Positions 1-9,278 of a stretch of DNA of 61,903 nucleotides are shown piece by piece. Each line of letters begins with the position of its first letter. Position 1 is the stretch's first letter. The stretch is taken from sequence record SRR20825006_104; one strand, 5' to 3'. Below the pieces are notes generated by a model, which ran no database searches, was not told the origin of the DNA, and saw only the letters and a program-made list of their open reading frames with translations. The translations under genes and the position numbers were made by a program.

Positions 1-45
1 TCGTTTACACCGAGGGGGTCGGGGGTTCGAGTCCCTCATCGCCCA
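1..45 (+). tRNA. tRNA-Val(TAC), 5' part outside window
   Basis: Anticodon arm TCG-TTTACAC-CGA, T-arm GGGGG-TTCGAGT-CCCTC, acceptor 3' strand ATCGCCC plus discriminator A; CCA not encoded. Confidence 0.92.
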
Positions 46-51
46 CATTAC

Positions 52-82
52 AAAAAGCTGTCCATTCCGGATGGCTTTTTTT
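52..82 (+). terminator. Intrinsic terminator after tRNA-Val, probably bidirectional
   Basis: AAAAAGCTGTCC-ATTCC-GGATGGCTTTTTTT hairpin with A- and T-tracts; lies between convergent genes. Confidence 0.8.
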
Positions 83-144
83 GTTTGTGGTTGTTGTGCT
101 AGCTTTGGTATAGGTTATACAACTTGATTATGTTTTAATAATTA

Positions 145-1038
145 TTAATCTCCATCAAGTCTAAAACCATGTTTGTTAAGTAGTATGAAGAGATCATTTT
201 CTGTGATAATTCTTATTGGAATACCTTTTTCGATAAGTTCTTCTGCTTTTTTAAATTTGACACTTTTTCCATAGCCACTCAAGCGATAATTATTTTGACT
301 GCCAACAACCAATAAAGTAGTTTTTTTAGATACACTATTTGTAACGGTGCAACCTGCATCGGTAGAAACTTTAGCAATTTTATTCCTCGGGTATGAGAGT
401 TCTCCAGTTATAACCAAATTCTCGCCATAAAGAGGTCCGTTTTCATTTCCTTGTATTTTTCTTTTCAATGGAGAAGAAGTAACAGCACTTTTAACACTAT
501 CAGAAGTTTTTGCTAAAAAGGAATTCCAATGTTTGATAGTTGTCTTTGACTCGGAACATGCTTTAATAACTACTTTTGCAGTCAATGTTGAATCTTCTAA
601 TGCATTATGATGGATAAATTCAAAATTGAAATGATTCGCTAGATTTTTTAATCCATATCCTTTTGTTGAAAATTCTTTCCAAACTCGCCTAACAATTTGA
701 GTTGAATCAAGCCAGTATATTTCGGGTCTATCTAAGCTATATAAATCACAAGCTCTATTTATGGCAATTCTATCAAATGCGCCATGGTGTATAAGTGGGT
801 AATTTTGAGTGTGTAAAACTAGATCTTCATAAATTTGTAGAAAATTAGGAGACCCTATTACACTTTCGGGGCTTATTTTATGGATTGAGATGTTTTGATG
901 ATCAAAAATCGTTTCAGGATTAACAAGAGACTCCCAACTAGATACTATTTCGCCGTCTCTAACAGATACAACTGCAACTTGACAGATACTAGAGTAATCT
1001 CGATTAGCGGTTTCAACATCGATTACATTAAAATTCAT
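145..1038 (-). CDS. DEDDh 3'-5' exonuclease (DnaQ/epsilon-like) fused to C-terminal BRCT domain
   Basis: ExoI IDVETAN, ExoII HHGAFD, ExoIII HHNALEDS; BRCT-like LYGENLVITGEL...SVSKKTTLLVVG...KAEEL..KG.PIRIITE. Confidence 0.88.
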   Translation of the reverse strand: MNFNVIDVETANRDYSSICQVAVVSVRDGEIVSSWESLVNPETIFDHQNISIHKISPESVIGSPNFLQIYEDLVLHTQNYPLIHHGAFDRIAINRACDLYSLDRPEIYWLDSTQIVRRVWKEFSTKGYGLKNLANHFNFEFIHHNALEDSTLTAKVVIKACSESKTTIKHWNSFLAKTSDSVKSAVTSSPLKRKIQGNENGPLYGENLVITGELSYPRNKIAKVSTDAGCTVTNSVSKKTTLLVVGSQNNYRLSGYGKSVKFKKAEELIEKGIPIRIITENDLFILLNKHGFRLDGD

Positions 1039-1486
1039 CTGAGAAAGTATTATTGAAATTTACCTTATTGAATTGATTTAGTTTAACACTATCACCCAGA
1101 ATGAATGTGTGCACTTTTTTAAAGAAAATCGGTTCAGGAAGTATGATTGTATTAGGTAAGTAATTTCTATTTTTAAATTTACCATCTTCATTAATACCTA
1201 ATTTTTCTACCAGTAGTTCTAAATTTCGATCCATATTCTGATGTCTAAGATTTCTCCAAGAATTTGTAGGTAGAATTGCAAAATTGATTTTACTAGAGAG
1301 CTCCTTGTTATTGCCGGAAAAGACACCGATATAACCCATTAATTGGTTCCTATCGAGAATAGGTTCAACACAACCTTCAAAAAAATAAATTTCCTTTCCA
1401 TAAAATGGGTTGCCGAATGTGGATTCATCTATGTCACAAATCGCATCATTAATAAATATAAGAAGGGCGCTTAATTTATTGCTCAT
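1028..1486 (-). CDS. Hypothetical protein, possible degenerate BRCT-like domain
   Basis: 152-aa ATG ORF overlapping the exonuclease start by 11 bp; NPFYGKEIYFFEG...ELSSKINFAILP echoes the BRCT pattern. Confidence 0.6.
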   Translation of the reverse strand: MSNKLSALLIFINDAICDIDESTFGNPFYGKEIYFFEGCVEPILDRNQLMGYIGVFSGNNKELSSKINFAILPTNSWRNLRHQNMDRNLELLVEKLGINEDGKFKNRNYLPNTIILPEPIFFKKVHTFILGDSVKLNQFNKVNFNNTFSDEF

Positions 1487-1856
1487 AAACTCAAAATTAT
1501 TAGTGATAAGAATCTATTAATATAATAACAGTAGTAAAATCCTGAACTCTAATCAACCTAATGTGACATTGCCATTTTAATACTGCTTTTATTTCGAGCA
1601 GTTACTCTACCCTAATAATGAAATGACTTCCATATTTCGGTTAGCTATCACTCAAAAGAGCAAAGTAATTCTCTACAAAAATGGTTTTTAATAAGCCTAT
1701 TCTAGCCCACCTACCCCAAATTATAACTTATCATTTATATTAGAATATACATTCTAGTGCAAATATATTTGCATATTAGCGTGTATGAATTATTTTTAAT
1801 GTATGGCTTGTTGTGAAAGACATTAGCCAGTACTCGGAATTAAAAAAGGTATTGAG

Positions 1857-2108
1857 ATGGATATTAAATTTGTAAAGCGCTCGAATATTAAATCTTCGAA
1901 AAAGAGAACGTCAAAGTTTAAACCTTTGTTAGAAGCTCTAGAAAAGCTTAAACCAGGTGGGCAAGCTATTGAAGTGGCATACACAAATGACAAGAATATC
2001 AACTCTATGCGTACTGCTGTGTATCAATTTAGTAAGCTCCATGATATTTCTATAAAGAGTCGTAGAGATTCAAGTACAAAGAAAATCTATTTTTATAGAG
2101 ATAGATAA
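1857..2108 (+). CDS. Small basic hypothetical protein
   Basis: 83-aa Lys/Arg-rich ORF, AAAGG upstream, co-oriented with egtB. Confidence 0.7.
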   Translation: MDIKFVKRSNIKSSKKRTSKFKPLLEALEKLKPGGQAIEVAYTNDKNINSMRTAVYQFSKLHDISIKSRRDSSTKKIYFYRDR

Positions 2109-2172
2109 CAGACTTTTTGGCGAGCTTATCTAACAATTAAAAATTACTGTTACCATTTAAGAGAGCACAATA

Positions 2173-3474
2173 ATGAGTACTTCCATTTCAGCACCAGAAT
2201 TATCGAGGAATAAAAATAAAGAGCGATTTTCTAGGTCGCATATTCTAAAGCAGTTTAAGGCGATTAGAAGTTTTACTCATCATATCGTTGCTCCGTTAGA
2301 AACTGAAGATTTCGTTATTCAGGCAATGGAAAATACGAGTCCAACAAAATGGCACCTTGCCCATACAAGTTGGTTTTACGAGACTTTTGTTTTGGGAAAT
2401 TACCAAGAAGGTTTCGAGAGTTTGCATCCTCAGTATGCTTATCTATTCAACTCGTATTATATACAAACAGGCGTTCCATTTGCTAGAGCGAGTAGAGGAA
2501 TGCTTTCTCGTCCCACTGTAAAAGAAGTGTATGAATATCGTGCTTATGTAGATGAGCAGGTCGAATTGTTTATAAACTCCGTTTCTGATGAAGCTTGGGA
2601 AGAAGCTAGCCAAGTACTAGAAATTGGGATGAATCATGAGCAACAACATCAAGAATTGATTCTCACAGATTTGAAATATTTACTTGCTCAAAATCCTTTA
2701 CTGCCTGTGTACAGAGCTTCAATGATTCCTGAAGCAACCGACCCGGGCGAGCTAACGTGGACAAACTTCAATGAAGCGGTGGTAGAAATTGGGAATGAGG
2801 GTAACGAATTTACTTACGACAACGAACATCCTCGCCACAGAACGCTAGTTCAAGATTTTGACTTAGCCAACAGGCTAATTACCAACAAAGAGTATTTGGA
2901 GTTTATGAACGATGGTGGTTATTCGCGGTCGGAGTTTTGGTTACAAGAAGGCTGGAATAAAGTGAATAGCGAAGGTTGGGAAGCTCCATTGTATTGGTTT
3001 AAAAGAAATGGTGAGTGGACTCAGTTTACGTTATCAGGAGCGCGAGAAATAGCCGATTTTGAACCCGTTACTCATATTAGTTATTACGAAGCGGATGCTT
3101 TTGCGAAATGGAAAGGTTTACGATTGCCAACCGAACAAGAGTGGGAACATGCTTGTGGCGGTTTACCTGTTGAAGGGAATTTTGTAGATGAAGATGTGAT
3201 TCATCCTGTTCCACTTTCCAATCATTCACAAAATGGCTTGCGCCAAATGTATGGTGATGCTTGGGAATGGACCCAAAGCAGCTATAATGCTTATCCAGGT
3301 TATGCACCTTTACCTGGGGCACTTGGCGAATATAATGGCAAGTTTATGGCGAATCAGTACGTGCTTAGAGGCGGATCTTGCGCTACTTCGAAGTCGCACA
3401 TTCGTAAAACATATAGGAACTTTTTCCATGCAGATGCACGTTGGCAGTTCAGTGGAATTAGACTGGCTAAATAA
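2173..3474 (+). CDS. egtB: Ergothioneine biosynthesis sulfoxide synthase EgtB
   Basis: DinB-like SPTKWHLAHT and HEQQHQE iron ligands, FNSYY loop, FGE-like RLPTEQEWE, GEYNGKFM, RGGSCAT, YRNFF. Confidence 0.95.
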   Translation: MSTSISAPELSRNKNKERFSRSHILKQFKAIRSFTHHIVAPLETEDFVIQAMENTSPTKWHLAHTSWFYETFVLGNYQEGFESLHPQYAYLFNSYYIQTGVPFARASRGMLSRPTVKEVYEYRAYVDEQVELFINSVSDEAWEEASQVLEIGMNHEQQHQELILTDLKYLLAQNPLLPVYRASMIPEATDPGELTWTNFNEAVVEIGNEGNEFTYDNEHPRHRTLVQDFDLANRLITNKEYLEFMNDGGYSRSEFWLQEGWNKVNSEGWEAPLYWFKRNGEWTQFTLSGAREIADFEPVTHISYYEADAFAKWKGLRLPTEQEWEHACGGLPVEGNFVDEDVIHPVPLSNHSQNGLRQMYGDAWEWTQSSYNAYPGYAPLPGALGEYNGKFMANQYVLRGGSCATSKSHIRKTYRNFFHADARWQFSGIRLAK

Positions 3475-3480
3475 AAATTT

Positions 3481-4425
3481 ATGACTGATATAGAAATTGG
3501 GGTGCAGAAAATGAGCATGATGGAAGAAGTGTTGGCAGGGCTGACTTCTCCCCAGAAAACATTGCCAAGTAAATATTTTTACGACGAAAAAGGCTCGGAA
3601 ATTTTCGACCAAATCACCGAGCTAGACGAGTATTACCCAACTCGTACCGAACGGCATATTTTGGAAACGTACGTTCATGAAATGGCTACCGTTTTAGGTG
3701 AAGAAGTTGAACTGATAGAACCAGGGAGTGGCAGTAGCGATAAAACTAGAATATTGCTCCAGAATATGCCCAATATTTGTTGCTACATCCCTATGGATAT
3801 TTCAGGGGATTATTTGTTCAAAGTGGCGGAACAGCTGCAGGAAGATTTTCCTAACATCAAAATTGTTCCACTTCAGGCTGATTACACCAAAGAGTTCAAA
3901 TTGCCTATTACAAATCCGAAAGCGAGGAAAGTAGTGTTCTTTCCAGGTTCCACCATCGGCAACTTCAGAAGAAAGAAAATAGAGCAGTTTTTAGAAGTGA
4001 TTTCGAAAATGGTTGGAGCTGACGGCGCTCTTTTAATCGGGGCAGATCTAAAAAAAGATGTTTCCGTACTTGAAGCGGCATACAATGATAGCAAAGGAGT
4101 TACAGCTGCTTTCAATAAAAATATTTTGGTGCATTTGAATCGCAAGTTAGGGACGGAGTTCAACACTGATTTATTCGACCACAAATCTATTTGGAATGAA
4201 GAAGAAGGTCGCATTGAAATGCACCTTTTTGTGAAAGAAACACATCAAGTTTTAGTAGGCGGGAATGAAATCACGTTTACAAAAGGCGAATCCATTCATA
4301 CTGAAAATTCCCACAAATATACGTTGTCAGGTTTTGCTGAAATGGTCTCGAGTTGGTTTGAAGTCAAAAAGGTTTGGACCGATGACAAAGCGTATTTCAG
4401 TGTGCAGTATTTAGAACCTAGATAA
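3481..4425 (+). CDS. egtD: L-histidine N-alpha-methyltransferase EgtD
   Basis: KTLPSKYFYD, EYYPTRTE, EPGSGSSDKT, FPGSTIGN, AYNDSKGVTAAFNKN, IHTENSHKY; follows egtB. Confidence 0.95.
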   Translation: MTDIEIGVQKMSMMEEVLAGLTSPQKTLPSKYFYDEKGSEIFDQITELDEYYPTRTERHILETYVHEMATVLGEEVELIEPGSGSSDKTRILLQNMPNICCYIPMDISGDYLFKVAEQLQEDFPNIKIVPLQADYTKEFKLPITNPKARKVVFFPGSTIGNFRRKKIEQFLEVISKMVGADGALLIGADLKKDVSVLEAAYNDSKGVTAAFNKNILVHLNRKLGTEFNTDLFDHKSIWNEEEGRIEMHLFVKETHQVLVGGNEITFTKGESIHTENSHKYTLSGFAEMVSSWFEVKKVWTDDKAYFSVQYLEPR

Positions 4426-4533
4426 TTAGCTCATCCAATTATACCCTGATTCGGGTATGGTGAAACTCCGTTCATCCCTCTTTCTTATGTAAGCTCAGTA
4501 AGTGCTGAGTTTATATTATTAAAAAGGAGTGAT

Positions 4534-7500
4534 ATGAAAAGGAATATATTTAAATACGGGTGGTTATTTGCTGTTTTAACGGCGTTAATATGGGGACCAA
4601 AAACCAGTTTCGCACAAGAAGTTACGGGCATAGATACCGTAAAAGTGGTGGAGGGAAGCTGGCAGTTTTATGATTTTACGAGTGGTAAAGCCTTTACCAT
4701 TGCCGATACAGCAACCTATACTCCAGATTTTGTAGGAAGTAGCAACGAGGGCGTTAATTTTGGGAAAGAGTTTAATAGCCTAATTCCAGGCAGACATCTT
4801 AGACTGCTAGGAGATGGGTATATCGATTCAGTTGCATCAGTACCTGCTTGGGCGGATGAAGCGCCTTGGGTAGACACCAGTTGGGATTTTACAAACGGAA
4901 CTCAAGGCGCTCCAATTTCAGTAGGTCAACTTTGGGTAGTTTACACAAGCGAGGGTTTGTATGCTGTAATGGAAATTACTGATTTACCAGATGGTAACTT
5001 CGGTGGAAGTTTTGTGTTTAAGTATAAATATATGAGCGAGGGCGGGACTTCATTTCCGAATGCTTCTTTCGCACAGGTTAATGGTTCAGGAACTAGTGTT
5101 TCTGGCGAGGGATTTGATTTCTCTCAACAATCTGTTGGTGGGAAAGAAGATGATGGAGATTACCAACCGGATTTTGTTTTTGTAAATAATGAAGGGGTTA
5201 ATTTCGGGAATGAAGGCAGTACTTCGCTCAATTCAACAGGGCGCCGTTTTATCCTTCTGGGTGAAGGGAATTTAGATTCCTTAACTTCAGTTCCTGAGCG
5301 AGCAGATGCGGCACCTTGGGTAACTGTTTCTTACGATTTTACAGACGGAACAAAAGGAGCACCGATTTCGATTGGCCAACTTTGGGGTGTTTATACCCGA
5401 GATGGAAAGTATGCAGCAATGGAGATTACCGCATTGCCAGATGGTAATTTTGGAGGACTGTTTGATTTCAAATATAAATATCAGACAAATGGAACCCGAT
5501 TTTTTGAAGGCACTGATGTTACAAGTCCGCAACCAACAACGTTGGTAATTACGGGTGGGCAGAACCAAACGGCTTATTTGGGTGATACTGTAGCAACAAA
5601 TTTTGAACTCGCCTTAATTGATGATATAGGTGAGCCGATGAACGGTTTAACAGTTACTTTCGAAGAATTATCAATTCCCGAAGGAGCAGTTTCTGGGAAG
5701 TTTTTTACGCCAGATGGAATAACCATAAATAAAGCGGGTATTTTTAACAATCGAGCTAAAATGAGTTACTCCGTTGGCGATAAAGTTGGCGAATATAAAA
5801 TCAAAGCGTATCTCGCAGAGTATCCTGCGGTTGACTCAGTGGTATTCACTGTTATCGGCGAGTTGGTAAAGGCTCCATTAAACTTAGTTGCCGAAGTAGG
5901 TGGTGGAATAAATCTTGAGTGGGATGAGGCCGTAAGTGCCGACATGTACGCTGTTTATAGAGCTCATAATGATGATAATCCTGCAAATGCTTCGCTAGTG
6001 GCAACAGTAGCAACAACCAATTATCAAGATGATGCAGTGACTGCGGGCGAAACCTATTTCTATTGGGTGGCAAGTAAAGATCAGTTTGGAAACGAAAGCG
6101 AATTCAAGACTGGTCCAGTTATGGCAACAGCAGTCGCAATTGGAGATGTAGTAGCTGGAAATGCAACTATAGAGAAAGTAGAAGGAAATTGGCAATACTT
6201 CGATTTTTCAAAAGGAATGGCTTCGAATGAAGCAGACACAGGCTCTTATGAAGCGGACTTTAGAGGAACTTCGAATGAAGGCGTAAACTTTGGAAGCGAA
6301 GGTGCACCACAAATTGAGGGAAAAAGAATTATTCAGTTAAACGCTTCGAGGCTCGATCAAGTTGTAAGTATTCCAAGTTGGACGGATGAATCACCTTGGG
6401 TAAGTGTAACTTGGGCTGGAACGGGGCAACCAATTGCTGTTGGCCAAGTATGGGGTGTTTACACAAGAGAAGGTCATTACGCTGCCATGGAAATTACCAG
6501 TGTGCCAGAAAATTTTGGCTCTGAATTTTCATTCAAATATAAATACCAGCCAAGCGGTTCCAACCAGTTTGAAGAAGTAGAACCAGTAACACCAACTGTT
6601 TTATTTATTTTTTCGGGGAATAACCAAGTTGGTTTACCGAACACTAAAGTTGCTTCATCGTTAAAAGTGCGTGTTCAAGGCGATGAAGAAATTCCTGCTA
6701 CAGGTACAACGGTTACTTATAGCGTTACTAAAGTGCCAGAAGGTGCAACGGGATATAGTTTGGAATCGAGCTCTGTAATTGCGGATTCTAAAGGTTTTGT
6801 AGAAACTAATTTCACACTAGGCGATAGAGTCGGCGAATATGAAATCACAGTTTCAGTAGATGAGTTGGAGCCTGTAAAGTTCACCGTTACTGCAGCCGAA
6901 GCAGAAGCGCCAGAACCTGTAACGCTATTGGATGTTAATGATGGCTTCCGACCTAAAAGCTTAATGCCAATATGGACGCAAAGTAAAAGCGATAATTTCC
7001 TTCACTATAAAATCTACATGAGTTTTGATGAGGGTGAGTTCACCTTAGTTGACTCTACAAGAAGTGGAGAGAGCTTTATTCAAGACACGGCAAAGACGAT
7101 TGGAGATTTGGAAGATCTAAAAGAGTATACATTTGCGGTTTCTGTTGTAAATCAAGATCTAAAAGAAAGTGTGCTTTCAAATGCATTATCAAACTTCCCA
7201 AAACCAGTTCCAGACCAACCCAAGAATGTGGTGGCAACTCCAGGTGATGGTGCAGTTCAGTTAACATGGGCACCAAATGATAGCGCATATTTTGGCTATT
7301 ACTACGTGTACTCTGGCAAAGATGGAGCCGAAATTCAGCCAAAGGATACGCTTTGGAATGTAATGGATACGACTTTAGTAATTGGTGGACTTAAAAACGG
7401 CGAGTTGTATCAATTCTATGTGATGGCAGTAAACAGATTTGGAAAGGAAAGTTCATTCCCACCAAAAACTACGGCAACTCCAGTATCATCTTATGTTGAA

Positions 7501-9216
7501 GAAACCACAACCCTTCCAAGTTTAATTAATGGCTCAACAGCTTGGGGCGATGTAGATGGTGACGGCGATTTGGATGTAATACTTACAGGTCAAGTTGATG
7601 GAACGAGCGATCCTCTAACAAAGCTTTATCTAAACGATGGAGAAAGTGGTTTTGCACCCGCTGAAGATGAGTTTGTGGGCGTAATAAACAGTAGCGTTTA
7701 CTGGTATGATGTTGATAGTAATGGTTTCATTGATTTAATCATTACCGGAACTTCTAAAGAAGGTCCACTTTCCAAGGTTTACTTAAACGAAGAAGGTTCA
7801 TTTACTGATGCAGGATTTACTCTTCCTGGTTTAGGTGATGGAATAATTTCTCCCGTAGATTTTGACCAAGATGGCGATTTGGATTTATTAGTTGCGGGAG
7901 ATGCTGGCACTAGCTTACAAACTGTGCTTATTGAGAATAATGGCGGTGGAGATTTCTTGCCTCTAGCAATTCCTTTTGAAGGAGTTAAAGATGCTGCCGC
8001 TGCATGGGGAGATTACGATGGAGATGGATTCCCTGACTTACTTCTTACCGGCTTGAATGGCTCTGATGAAATAATTGCTACAATATACAAGAATGATGGC
8101 GAAGGTTCTTTTGAAGCTACGAACATTGAGTTGCAAGGAGTTATCAGCGGAACGGTAGCTTGGAGCGATTTCAACGTTGACGGCCAGAAAGACATTCTCA
8201 TTACTGGTTTTACGAATACCGCTAAAACAGAGCTGTTTACAGGTTTGTACACTAATAATAATGGTGAATTTGCACTGTTTTATTCATCAACAAGTGGAGG
8301 GCAAGGCAAGGCCGTTGCTTCGAGTCTAAAAAGTAAAGCCACTATTGGCGATTACGACAACGATGGTGATGATGATGTGCTTTTAAGCTCTGGTAGTGAT
8401 GCATCTATTCTTAAAAATAATAGAGATGGCATTACCACAGAAAACCTAGACCTTGGCATAGAAGGCTCAGTAGTTTGGGCAGATGTAGATGGCGATGGTG
8501 ATTTGGATATTGTTGCTACAGGAAATAGTAAGAGTGGCGCAAAATCTGTCGTGCTTTCTAATAACACTCAAATCAGAAATACAGCACCAACTGTTCCTAC
8601 AAGTTTGTTTGCCGAAGTATCTTCTGATACAGTTATGCTAAGTTGGAATCACTCTACAGATGCACAATCACCATTCAGTGTACTTACTTATAACGTGCGA
8701 GTTGGTAGTTCTCCTGGCGCGTCAGATATACTGTCTGTGAATGCGAATCTAGAAACAGGAAAGCTAAAAGTGTTAGCAAATGGAAACACTGGTAACCGAA
8801 CAGCATTGCAGCTTAAAAATATGAAAAACGGTACCTATTACTGGCAAGTTCAAGCAATTGACAATGCTTATTTAGGATCATTTTTTGCACAAGAACAACA
8901 ATTTGAGGTAGATTATAATCCAGTTTCCAATGAAAGTGAGTTCGAACTACCAAATGTGTTAGAGCTTAAACAAAACTATCCAAATCCGTTTAATCCAAGT
9001 ACAAATATTCAGTTTTCTGTTCCTAAAGCTGAACATGTAACGCTAAACGTATTTGATATTACAGGAAGGTTGGTTGCCGAGATTGTAAACGGTACCGTTA
9101 AAGCCGGCGCTCATAATTATACTTTTGACGCATCTCACCTGGCGAGTGGTTTGTACATTTACAGATTACAAGTTGGTACGAAAGCTATTACCAGAAAAAT
9201 GACACTGATCAAGTAA
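4534..9216 (+). CDS. T9SS-secreted multidomain protein: 3 HmuY-like repeats, 2 Ig-like, FN3 domains, FG-GAP/VCBS propeller, type A CTD
   Basis: Signal peptide; many WGDxDGDGDLD repeats; C-terminal [13 protein letters not shown]...LASGLYIYRL...RKMTLIK; RBS AAGGAG. Confidence 0.9.
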   Translation: MKRNIFKYGWLFAVLTALIWGPKTSFAQEVTGIDTVKVVEGSWQFYDFTSGKAFTIADTATYTPDFVGSSNEGVNFGKEFNSLIPGRHLRLLGDGYIDSVASVPAWADEAPWVDTSWDFTNGTQGAPISVGQLWVVYTSEGLYAVMEITDLPDGNFGGSFVFKYKYMSEGGTSFPNASFAQVNGSGTSVSGEGFDFSQQSVGGKEDDGDYQPDFVFVNNEGVNFGNEGSTSLNSTGRRFILLGEGNLDSLTSVPERADAAPWVTVSYDFTDGTKGAPISIGQLWGVYTRDGKYAAMEITALPDGNFGGLFDFKYKYQTNGTRFFEGTDVTSPQPTTLVITGGQNQTAYLGDTVATNFELALIDDIGEPMNGLTVTFEELSIPEGAVSGKFFTPDGITINKAGIFNNRAKMSYSVGDKVGEYKIKAYLAEYPAVDSVVFTVIGELVKAPLNLVAEVGGGINLEWDEAVSADMYAVYRAHNDDNPANASLVATVATTNYQDDAVTAGETYFYWVASKDQFGNESEFKTGPVMATAVAIGDVVAGNATIEKVEGNWQYFDFSKGMASNEADTGSYEADFRGTSNEGVNFGSEGAPQIEGKRIIQLNASRLDQVVSIPSWTDESPWVSVTWAGTGQPIAVGQVWGVYTREGHYAAMEITSVPENFGSEFSFKYKYQPSGSNQFEEVEPVTPTVLFIFSGNNQVGLPNTKVASSLKVRVQGDEEIPATGTTVTYSVTKVPEGATGYSLESSSVIADSKGFVETNFTLGDRVGEYEITVSVDELEPVKFTVTAAEAEAPEPVTLLDVNDGFRPKSLMPIWTQSKSDNFLHYKIYMSFDEGEFTLVDSTRSGESFIQDTAKTIGDLEDLKEYTFAVSVVNQDLKESVLSNALSNFPKPVPDQPKNVVATPGDGAVQLTWAPNDSAYFGYYYVYSGKDGAEIQPKDTLWNVMDTTLVIGGLKNGELYQFYVMAVNRFGKESSFPPKTTATPVSSYVEETTTLPSLINGSTAWGDVDGDGDLDVILTGQVDGTSDPLTKLYLNDGESGFAPAEDEFVGVINSSVYWYDVDSNGFIDLIITGTSKEGPLSKVYLNEEGSFTDAGFTLPGLGDGIISPVDFDQDGDLDLLVAGDAGTSLQTVLIENNGGGDFLPLAIPFEGVKDAAAAWGDYDGDGFPDLLLTGLNGSDEIIATIYKNDGEGSFEATNIELQGVISGTVAWSDFNVDGQKDILITGFTNTAKTELFTGLYTNNNGEFALFYSSTSGGQGKAVASSLKSKATIGDYDNDGDDDVLLSSGSDASILKNNRDGITTENLDLGIEGSVVWADVDGDGDLDIVATGNSKSGAKSVVLSNNTQIRNTAPTVPTSLFAEVSSDTVMLSWNHSTDAQSPFSVLTYNVRVGSSPGASDILSVNANLETGKLKVLANGNTGNRTALQLKNMKNGTYYWQVQAIDNAYLGSFFAQEQQFEVDYNPVSNESEFELPNVLELKQNYPNPFNPSTNIQFSVPKAEHVTLNVFDITGRLVAEIVNGTVKAGAHNYTFDASHLASGLYIYRLQVGTKAITRKMTLIK

Positions 9217-9248
9217 GTACAATCGGTTGTGCTATTACTTAACTAAAG

Positions 9249-9278
9249 GTAGCCTCGGAGGAATTCGGGGCTATTTTT
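9249..9278 (+). terminator. Intrinsic terminator
   Basis: TAGCCTCGGA-GGAA-TTCGGGGCTA-TTTTT between convergent genes. Confidence 0.75.

Noticed and set aside
1701-1712. GCCCAC resembling the tRNA-Val 3' end as a possible attR of the islet
   Set aside because: Only a 6-bp match and no integrase; expected by chance
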